DNA from: Anthoceros angustus
Taxonomy: Eukaryota > Plantae > Anthocerotophyta
DNA length: 64,000 bases
Reading direction: 5' to 3'
NCBI GenBank assembly: GCA_010909165.1
Contig: MU008177.1
Coordinates: forward strand, 558,001 to 622,000
Positions within the stretch are counted from its first letter, which is position 1, and each line of letters begins with the position of its first letter. The notes below the pieces were generated by a model. It ran no database searches. It had not been told where the DNA came from and saw only the letters and a list, made by a program, of their open reading frames with translations. This document shows positions 50,678 to 60,199 of this stretch, piece after piece. Made by a program: the position numbers and the translations under genes.

Positions 50678-52782
50678 ATGACATCATGGTTTGTGCCAGT
50701 TACTACTTCCTTTGTCGTATTATCAATATTTTTGTTCGTTCTATTTTTCAATGTTCATCATGAGAACAATTTTAAGAGTTCAAGGAGACTTGTTTTATCT
50801 TTTAAGCACATTCCAAAGGCTATGCATGCTATCAATCGCCCTTTTGTGAAGTCTTATGAAGTACGTACATCTTGGTTTGCTCTAATTTTTTATTGGTAGA
50901 GAACTTTATTTTTTGAAAACGTCTTAAAGTTTGTTTATGAAACTAATGAGGGCAATGACAACGATAGAATCTCATAGCTTTTCGTTTTATGTTCTTTGTT
51001 GACGATAATGTTTATGATATAGCTTTCCGATAATACCATTATCGATTGTGTCAAATTTGAAGATCATCTCGGTTTCCAAGATCCTGCTATAAAGGAATAT
51101 TTTGAGGTTTGCATTATCCAAGTTGTGTACCTATTCAATATTTGGCCTAAGATGTTTGTAGATGCCTAACACCCATGTTCTAATATTTTCAATGTAGTGC
51201 TTCTCTACATAAGAATGAGATGATTGTAGATGTCGTAAACCCATGTTATGATATTTTCAATGCAATGCTTTTATACAGAAGAATGGATTTGGCAATAATA
51301 CTTCGTCGTTTTCCAAAGGTTTCAAAAAATAAACATTCAAACAAGACTATTTCTAGCTTGTTTCAAAAAGAGGTTGGACATTGTCCTGAAGGAAGTGTTC
51401 CTATAGCTGGAGTGATGAATCCTGAGATTAATTTAGAGCAATATCGATATGTGAAACGAAGGTCTTTTGTTTCCAACATCACAAGATACAGAGATGGACC
51501 CGGCTGGAATTTTTTGGACCGCTGGGTAAGTTGTTTTCTACAATTAGTATCTTTGTACAAAATATTATCACCCTATTTTAAGTGTGGGTGGGAGTGAGAA
51601 TGTCGAACACATTGATGGATGTGTAACTTTAAGCAATATTATAGAATACTCTTAATTTTTTAGAAATAATTATTGGATTGACTTGCTAATTATTTTTCAC
51701 TTTGGGCAGCATGCAATTGCTAGGTCAGATTTGAGAGGGGCTCCACCAGCTTATTCGCAAGCTAGAGCAGTCGGTGCATCAATGAATGTTTATCGACCAC
51801 AGCCCATTAGATCGGTCTATTATCATGATTTTTCATTAGGACAGGTATGGGTTGCAAATGCAGGTGAACGACTACAAGTGATTGAAGCTGGATGGCATGT
51901 AAGTGATATTAGGTTTTCTCTAGATGTTAAAGGACTTCATGCATTTCAAATAAATACCAAGACTTTTGTGTTTTTTATTAGACTAGTCTTTCTACACTTA
52001 TATCACCAAGGTATGTGAAATATAAATTGTAATGGGTGTACTTGATAGGTCTATCCACGCTTATACCGTGGTACGGGAAATGAGCGCAAACCACATTTCT
52101 TTATATTTTGGACGGTAATTATTTGGTTTTGTATCTTCTTCAATCAAACTCTACTCTTGATCTTCAATTTGTTAGTTTTTTTGTTCTTATATTTTAAATA
52201 TTTTGATAGCAGTCAGATAATTATACAAATGGATGTTACAATTTCCGATGTCCCGGATTTGTTCATATTCCAGAAGAAAGCCCTATGATACCTGGTACTC
52301 CTTTCCAAGATGAAGATAGTGACGGTGAACGCGATTTTAGAATATACCTAGAACTTGGTACATCGGGAGATTGGACCTTGCGTGTAAACGACGAAAGAGT
52401 CGGATTTTGGCCAAAAGCCATATTTGGAGATGGTGGATTGTCAGAATTTGCTAATGTCTTGGACTTTGGAGGAGAAGTTGTCCGTGACAGAAGAGGTGAT
52501 CAGATGGTGAAGCCAATGGAGATGGGAAATGGAAAATTTGGCTCAACTATTGAAAATTTTGATGGAGCATATATGACAGACTTAACTATGGTAGATAGGG
52601 AGGGCAAATTAGTTTCTATTGTTTTAAATGGAGTTGCAAGACTTGGGCCATTACCTAATCAGAAAATGGATCCTGTCATATACGATGTTAAGCGTAATTT
52701 TCCAAAAGGAGAAAATGATAATGTATGGGTGATTTACGGTGGCCCAGGTGAGAAGGAGGTTGTTGCTCCTGAACCTAAGTGA
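50678..52782 (+). CDS. Neprosin-family glutamic peptidase (activation peptide plus neprosin/DUF239 domain), about 6 exons, AT-rich; possible 1-nt frameshift near 51325
   Basis: Signal/anchor helix; INRPFVKSYE|...IIDCVK; CPEGSVPI; HAI; FSLGQVWV; IEAGWH|VYPRLY; FFIFWT|SDNY..GCYNFRCPGFV; VGFWPKAIF; FGGEV; MGNGKF; YGGPG. Confidence 0.9.
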
Positions 52783-52899
52783 GAGCTATTGGAGTAGGTA
52801 GCTGCGTTAGTGACTTAACCTCTACATAATTTGCAACTTATAGAATGGAAAAATTAGAAAACGTGATATAGAGATTGTAGGCAGTATTACTTAGTTGCT

Positions 52900-53390
52900 C
52901 AAAGTTGGTGTTGAAGCCCTGTGTGAGAAGGAAAAGGAAATGTGCTCCATGGGCAAGCTGAAAAACTAGCTCTGGCGTTTGGTCTCTTTGATCACTCCGA
53001 GTGGGACACCTGAGGTGGTGACTGAAGAATCTGCGCATGTGCAGTGACTGCCACGGTTTCCACGGTGAGGGATGTGTACCGTGTGGATCGATTCGCAAAT
53101 GGTTGTTGTGGTTGCAAAGGTCGACCGTGAGAAAAATGAAGTAGCCAGTGCCAGTTGGGGGGCGACTGTGCTTGCTTCACTCCATCCCTGTCCAACCTGA
53201 GACACGGACAAGGATGGTTAACACTGGTCCTGGCACCTCTCACCGAAACAGAAAGAATGGGAATCGAGCGGCGCGGGTGCCCGACTCCGAGTCCCAGCAG
53301 CCCAATAGCTGATGGCACTGGACTGCGGATGGAGGATTTCCCTCCTCCCTGCAGGCTGCGGGTGATTCAGCTGTGGTTTCGCTAGAAGAT
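52900..53390 (+). pseudogene. Isolated, internally deleted GRP-type DYW C-terminus with its 3' flank
   Basis: aagccctgtgtgagaaggaaaaggaa...gaaaaactagctctggcgtttggtctc...aagaatctgcgcatgtgcagtgactgccac...aaaggtcgaccgtga (KGRP-stop). The downstream 260 bp resemble 49930-50245. Confidence 0.85.
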
Positions 53391-53779
53391 TTTATTTCCT
53401 CCTTCCTGTTACGAAACATCGTCCTTCCTGTTCCACGTTCCGTGCAAGCCCCCCCTAAGCGATGCATGTTGAGCTACCTTCTTTGACGGTTTCTGCGAAG
53501 GGCAGCACAATCACAGCCAACTGCCGATCAAAATCAAACTACCGCGAGGCAGCTCGGCTGTATTGTGGAGGTGGATCCATTTCATGCTATGGTGGAGGGA
53601 GCTCGATTGTATGGAGATACTACTTTGTCTAACTGCAAATTTAAAATTCTGTCTTTCGTCATGACGATAGGTGTATGGGCTTTCAGCGCTTGCCTTGTTT
53701 GTGTGCGCTGTGAGCGCAGGACTGGACGCGCGTCTTGTGGAAGGCGAGAGAGTTCATCGCCGGGCCGGTTCCTGCACGG

Positions 53780-55000
53780 ATGGCCACAGTATTGTGGAGC
53801 CAACAAATTACAATCGGTGTGTGTACAGGGATTTTGCCAGGAGCTCCCGCTCACCTCATCTTAGGGAGTCAAACTCTGGCAACCAAAGGCTCCAGGTGCA
53901 GCAGTCTAAGGAGCCCAGCACTTTCACTTCCGAGGAAGTGGGTGGGTAGGGACGGGACCGATGCCAGTCGTTGCCAAGAGCAGGAGCACTTGTGGCAACA
54001 ATTTTTTCGGGAGCCTTCCATCTGGTGGGACAACAAGACATGTTGTTGGACCACATGATCTCGCCGGAACCCTTACGCCGGAATTCAGGCGAACGGAGGC
54101 TCTTCTTGTCTCGTAAGCCAGCTTGGGTTGATGAGCAGCTCATTCGCTTGGAAATGCACAAGAGCCGTGGTGCCTCTCCTTCAGAGTCCAGTTTTCCGGA
54201 TAAGCCTGAACCTGGGAGGCGTGCAGGATCGGAAATGGGCGTCGTTACTGCTGGTACCGTGAGCATGTTATGCCACCAGGGGAAGCTCTCTGAGGCCGTT
54301 GGAGCCCTGGAATCTCTGGCGCAGACAGACTCTGCCATTTCTCACTCTCTGTTGTACACTTTGCTAAAACTGTGTACAGCTGAGAAGGATTTGGTTGTGG
54401 GGCGTCGAGTTCATGATCTCACTGCCAAACTTGGGTACGAGTCGAGTGCATACTTGGGGAACCGTATCTTGCGCATGTATGCATGTGAAGGTAGGCTGGA
54501 CGAGGCCATGGATGTGTTCACCAGGGTAGGCAAACCAAACGTCTTCATGTGGTTTTCCATAATCTCTGCACATGCTAAGCACGGAAAACATAAAAGGCCA
54601 TACAACTGTACCATGAGATGTGTAGGTCAGGAGTGAAGGTGCATGTTCGTGTCTTTGTTGCTGCCCTTCAGGCTTGCGCATGTGCCGCCGACTTGGAATC
54701 TGGCAGAAAAGTGCTCTGTGATGTGGTGCAGAGTGGCATTGCTAATAACTTGTTTGTTGGCAACTGCCAGGTGGACATGTATGCAAAATGCGGCCAACTG
54801 AAAGATGCACGCCAGGTTTTTGACAACATGGCCACAAAGGATGTGGTGACGTGGAATGCCCTGATAGCTGGGCATGCAAAATGTGGTGAACTGAAAGATG
54901 CACGCCAGGTTTTTGACAGCATGAACACAAAGAATGTGGTGACATGGAATGCCCTGATAGCTGGGTATGCAAAATGAAGATGCACGCCAGGTTTTTGACA
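53780..55000 (+). pseudogene. 3'-truncated PDF-PPR paralog (transit peptide, inverted PDF core, first PLS motifs)
   Basis: MATVLW...QEQEHLWQQFFREPSIWWDNK; KPAWVDEQL; LYTLLKLC...GRRVH; YLGNRILRMYA; VVTWNALIAG repeats. Stops abruptly at about 55000. Confidence 0.88.
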
Positions 55001-55875
55001 ATGCCGCCTTGCTGTGGCATCTTGATGCAAAATCTTGTCATGCTTCCCGCCTAACTAGGTTCTCCTCCCTTTTCACACCCCTTACCTTTCGTGGCTTAGC
55101 CGTCTCCGCCGCCCTCCCTCCGAGCTCTTTGATTCAGCCCCTTGCAACACCTATGTCCAAGCCGTCGCGCGCCAAACAGGCCCCTCACCTGGCAGACGAT
55201 GTCGTCGTTGTGGTGACGTCCCCATAGGAGAGTGTTGGGCTGACTGTATCCACCGCTCATGCTTTTCTTTTAAAGTAATTGATCAAAAAGGGTTACAAAA
55301 ATCCAGGACTTTAAGTTGTCCTCGAAGAGAAAACAGCCTCGATTGATTCCTCAAAACCAGTCTTGGCCTCGTTCACTGGGATGAAAATGTCAATGCATCG
55401 TCCAAGGAATCGAGAACAGATTGTCGTTCAAGAAGGGAGCGTAGAAAGAGGTCGAGGCCGGGGGGCCTTGTCATCGGCCAGTGACCGGAAGTTGCAACTT
55501 GTTGTAGGCATGTTGCAGTTGTCTTGTCTGGAGGCAGCCTGCGCAACCCTGCTCCTAGCAGGCAGGACCGCCCTCGATCTGCTCTCTCGCGGAATGAACT
55601 GCAGATGCCGAGACCAGCGTCGATCCCCGGGTCGGGAGCCCTGCACACCTGCACGTTAGCAGCCTTCCTTCCACAGCCATAAAACGAGAAGATGCAAAAG
55701 CTTACAATGATGCATGAAAGATGCATCATATGCAAAACCGCTGTAGCTTACAACGATGTCTCTCTGTTCGTAGGCTTTGGCGAGGTCTTTCCCTTTGGCT
55801 CCAAGTTACGAAGTGCCGGGCCGCCAGGACTGGCACTCAAGTTGCGTTAGCACTGGCTACACTTCATCATTTTTC

Positions 55876-58842
55876 TCACGGTCGACCCTTACAACTGCAA
55901 CAACCCGCGGCGAATCGATGGACACGGTACCCGTCCCTTACAACGATGTCTCTCTGTTCAAGCCTAGACATGATCTCCGTGGAACTGTGGCAGTCGCTGC
56001 ACATGCGAAGATTCTTCGTTACCATCAGAGGTGTCCCACTCGGAGTGTTCAAGAGACCAAACGCCAAAGCTAGCTTCTCAGCATGCCCACAAAGCGCATT
56101 TTCCTTTTCCTTCTCACACAGTGGCTTCAGCACCAGCTTTGTGTCAGGTACGTGGCCTCCTTCCTGCTTCACACGTGCATTCGTGCTCTCTACCTTAAGC
56201 GCAATATCCTCTCTCCTTTCTCCCACCAGAAATCTATGTACCTGCTTATTCACCTCGATGGTCGCCACTGCTGGTAACTTGTTAGCTCCTGCTATCCTTC
56301 TCTGTGTTTCAATCCTGTCTACATCGCTCCACCTGCCTGCATCTGCATAGGCATTGGCCATGAGCAAATATGCAGGCCCCTCCTGGGGGTCCAGCCTAAC
56401 AATGCTTTCAAAACACCACATCGCCCTCTCTATATCCCCGTGACTTTTGCAGGCATTCAACAAAGACGTCAAGACCACAACGTTACTTTGGCCCTCACAT
56501 GACAGTAGCATGTTCTCAGCCTCGTCTAAATGGCCCGCACGCCCTAGAAGATCAATCATGCAGGTGTAATGCTCAATAGTAGGTTTGATGCCATGCTGTT
56601 CAGCCATGGAATCAAAGTGCTTGCGGCCCTCGTGGACCAGTCCCTCATGACTGCATGCTACTAAAAGGCAAGTAAAAGCAGCACCATCAGGCTGAATGCC
56701 TGCAACCAACATGTCGTCAAAACACGCTAGTGCCTTGTGACCTTGATCACAAGCACCATAGCCAGATATCAGGGCGGTCCATGTCACCACATCCTTCGCA
56801 GCCATGCTGTCAAAAACCTGGCGTGCATCTTCCAGTTCACCACATTTTGCGTACATGTCCACCAGGCAGTTGCCCAACACCAGGTTATCCAGCAGTCCTC
56901 TTTCAACAATCTGTGAGTGCAGCTGCCTGCCCTTCTGTAGGGCACCAGTGCTTGCACAGGCCTTCAGCAGGCAAGCCAAAGTGACATGGTTAACCAAAAT
57001 CAGCGCCTCCTCCTCCATTTGTCCATACAGAACAAGTGCCTCCTGTCCGAGCCTTGCTCATACCCAGCAATCAGGGCATTCCATGTCACCACATTCTTTG
57101 TGCCATGCTGTCAAAAACCTGGCGTGCATCTTCCAGTTCACCACATTTTGCATACCCAGATATCAGGGCATTCCATGTCACCACAGCATCTTCCAGTTCA
57201 CCACATTTTGCATACATGTCCACCAGGCAGTTGCCACTCATCCAGCAGACCCCTTTCGACAATCTGTGAGTGCAGCTGTCTGCCCCACTGTAAGGCACCA
57301 GTGCTTGCACAGGCCTTCAGAAGGCAAGCAAAAGTAACATGGTTAGCCAAAATCAGGCCCCCCTGCTCCATTTGTCCATACACAACAAGCACCTCATGTG
57401 CGAGCCCTTGCTGTGTATACCCAGCAATCAGGGCATTCCAGGTCACCACATCCTTTGTGGCCAAGCTTTCAAAAACGCGGCGGGCATCTTCCAGTTCACC
57501 ACATTTTGCATACATGTCCACCAGGCAGTTTCCCACCACTACGTTATCCAGCAGTCCTCTTTCGACTATCAGTGAGTGCAGCTGCCTGCCCTTCTGTAAG
57601 GCACCAGTGCTGGCACAAGCCTTCAGAAGGCAAGCAAAACTAAAGTCATTAGCCAAAAGTAGGCCCTCCCGCTCCATTTGTTCGTACACGACAAACGCCT
57701 CATGTCCAAGTCCTTGCTGGGCATACCCAGCTATCAGGGCATTCCATGTCACCACGTTCTTTGTGGGCATGCTGTCAAACACCTTACGTGCATCTCCCAA
57801 TTGGCCACATTTTGCATACATGTCCACCAGGCAGGTGCCAACAAACAAGTCAGGAGGAATGCCACTGTGCAACACATCACAGTGCACATTTCTGCCAGAT
57901 CCCAAGTCGGCAGCAAATGCACAAGCTTGAAGGACAGCTACAAAGACGTGAGCATCCGCCTTCACTCCTGACCTACGCATCTCAAGGTACAGTTGTATGG
58001 CCTCATTTGGTTTCCCATGCTTAGCATGCGCAGAAATTATGGAAGACCACATGAAGGCATCTGGTTTGCCTACCCTGGTGAACACATCCATGGCCTCCTG
58101 TAGCCTACCCCCAAATGCATACATGCGCAAGATATGATTCCCCAAGTATGTATCCGACTCGTACCCGAGTTTGACAGTGAGGTCATGAACTCGGCGCCCC
58201 AAAACCAGATCCCTCTTAGCTGCACAGAGTTTTAGCACAGTATAAACCAGAGACTGAGAAATAGCTGAGTCTGTCTGCGCTAGAGATTCCAGGGCTCTAA
58301 CGGCCTCAGGAAGCTTCCCTTGCTGGCATAACGTGCTCACGGTTACAGCCGTAACCACGCCCATTTCCGATCCTGCACGCCTGCCAGGTTCAGGCTTATC
58401 CGAGAGCTGGACTTGGAAGGAGGCACCATGACCCATCTGCATATCCAAGGAGACGAGCTGTTCATCAACCCAAGCTGGCTTAAGCATGTTATTTAACCAC
58501 AGCACCTCGCCGGACCCCTTACGCCGGAAGTCAGGCGAACGGGAGCTCTTCTTCTCTCGTCTGTTGTCCCACCACATGGTAGGTCCAGAAAAATTGTTGC
58601 CACAAGTGCTCCTGTTCCTGGCGACGACCATCGCTGCTGGAAAAGCCGTTCCAACCCACACATTTTCTCGGAAGTGCAAGTGCTGGGCTCCGAGTCCTTA
58701 TACTGCTGCACCTGGAGGCTTTGTTTGCCAGGGGTCGACTCCCTAAGATGAGGTGAGCAGGAGCTTCTGGTAGAATACCTATACACACAGCAAGTGCACT
58801 TTGTTGGGTCCACAACGGGTCCGGTTGCCATACTGTTGCCAT
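55876..58842 (-). CDS. PDF motif + PLS-class PPR + E1/E2 + DYW:KP (GRP-type) organellar RNA-editing factor; frame broken near 58590 and 57020-57245 as assembled (pseudogene or consensus error)
   Basis: ORFs 58531-58842, 57198-58679 and 55876-57018 join into transit peptide, WWDNRREKKSSRSPDFRRKGSGEVLWL, P/L/S triplets, P2-L2-S2, E1, E2, KLPAVATIEV, HAEKLALAFG, LRMCSDCH, HRF..G.CSCKGRP-stop. Confidence 0.9.
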
Positions 58843-59061
58843 CGTTCAGGGTGCGGTGTCGGAAGATGAGTCCAAAACAGCGGACTATGGCAGTATAGCT
58901 AGGCGATCCATTAGGCAGGGGCGATTGGGTAGTTTGGAGGTAGGTGCATGGACAGGCATGCAAAACCAGGCCAGGCCAGGCCGGGCCAGGCCCCCTGAAC
59001 GCGCGCGACCCTTCAACTCGAAAGTTGCGAAACTTGAGAGGAGGAGCGCGCAACAAAAGCT

Positions 59062-60185
59062 CTTGGTGTTGACCATGCCATGCTTGAGGTGCGGGCATCA
59101 CGTAACCCATCTGGGTAGAGGCAGAAAAATGAGCGCTTCGGGAACGTGGGGATGACTCAACATTAGCGTGCGTCCCACCCAAGAGAAGCCTGCCGACTTC
59201 TACTACATAGCTAGCGATAATCGGGAGTTGCTGCAATTCAACAATGCTGCAGCAGGCCAGCATGGTCCATGTCATGTCATTTGGGGCTCGTGTGAACGTG
59301 CAGGTCATCTTTGAATCACCAATGGGTATGGGCGGGCCCTATGCAAACTGCAAATCCAAACCAACTACCTGTAGCTAGGTATGTACTCAAGTGTGTGACG
59401 CAGGATCCTGCCTTTGAGATGTGGAGAATAGTCACATCCAGTTCGCGTGTTGCAAGAATAGATGGCATTCCGGTCTCTGGAGTAGGCGGAGTGCTGACTT
59501 GATGACGTCGGTAGGCCTTCTCGTAAGCTCTGGAATCCTCTCGTCTCCTGCATTCATCAAGGATGGGGGTGTCCACTTCATAGCAGGCCTCCGACTTCGA
59601 CTCCGATTGCTAAGATCGAGTAGCAGTCGCCTCCTGCCTGCTTCAGCCGAGCATTCGTGCTCTCTACCTTAAACCCAACATCCTCTCTCCTTTCTCCCAC
59701 TAGAAATTTATAGACCTCCTTATTCCATTAGCCCTGCCATTCATGAAGCGGTTCAACTGGTTTGCGAACTTAGGTGACATCTTGGTGTTGACCATGCCAT
59801 GCTTGAGGTGCGGGCATCACGTAACCCATCTGGGTAGAGGCAGAAAAATGAGCGCTTCAGAACGTGGGGATGACTCAACATTAGCGTGCGTCCCACCCAA
59901 GAGAAGCATGCACAAATGCGATAATCGAGTTGCTGCAATTCAACAATGCTGCAGCAGGCCAGCATGGTCCATGTCATTCATTTGGGGCTCGTGTGAACTG
60001 CAGGTCATCTTTGAATCACCAATGGTGCACCCCTTACCAAACTGCAAATCCAAACCAACTACCTGTAGCTAGGTATGTACTCAAGTGTGTGACGCAGGAT
60101 CCTGCCTTTGAGATGTGGAGAATAGTCACATCCAGTTCGCGTGTTCAGAGGTGATTCCACTCTGGAGTAGGCGGAGTGCTGACTT
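59062..60185 (+). repeat. About 420-bp direct duplication (about 59062-59500 and 59780-60185) interleaved with duplicated E+/DYW-start fragments
   Basis: cttggtgttgaccatgccatgcttgagg...ggagtaggcggagtgctgacttga occurs twice. ctctcctttctcccac(t/c)agaaatttatagacctccttattccattagccctgccattc occurs three times (about 59685, 60215, 60338). Confidence 0.9.
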
Positions 60186-60199
60186 GAGACAAACGGTGC

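Noticed and set aside
3850-52782. Papain plus neprosin as a carnivory/digestive gene cluster
   Set aside because: Both families are widespread in ordinary plants, and the loci are about 35 kb apart with unrelated genes between them.
56730-58024. Long plus-strand ORFs (177 and 314 aa)
   Set aside because: Antisense shadows of the minus-strand PPR repeats.
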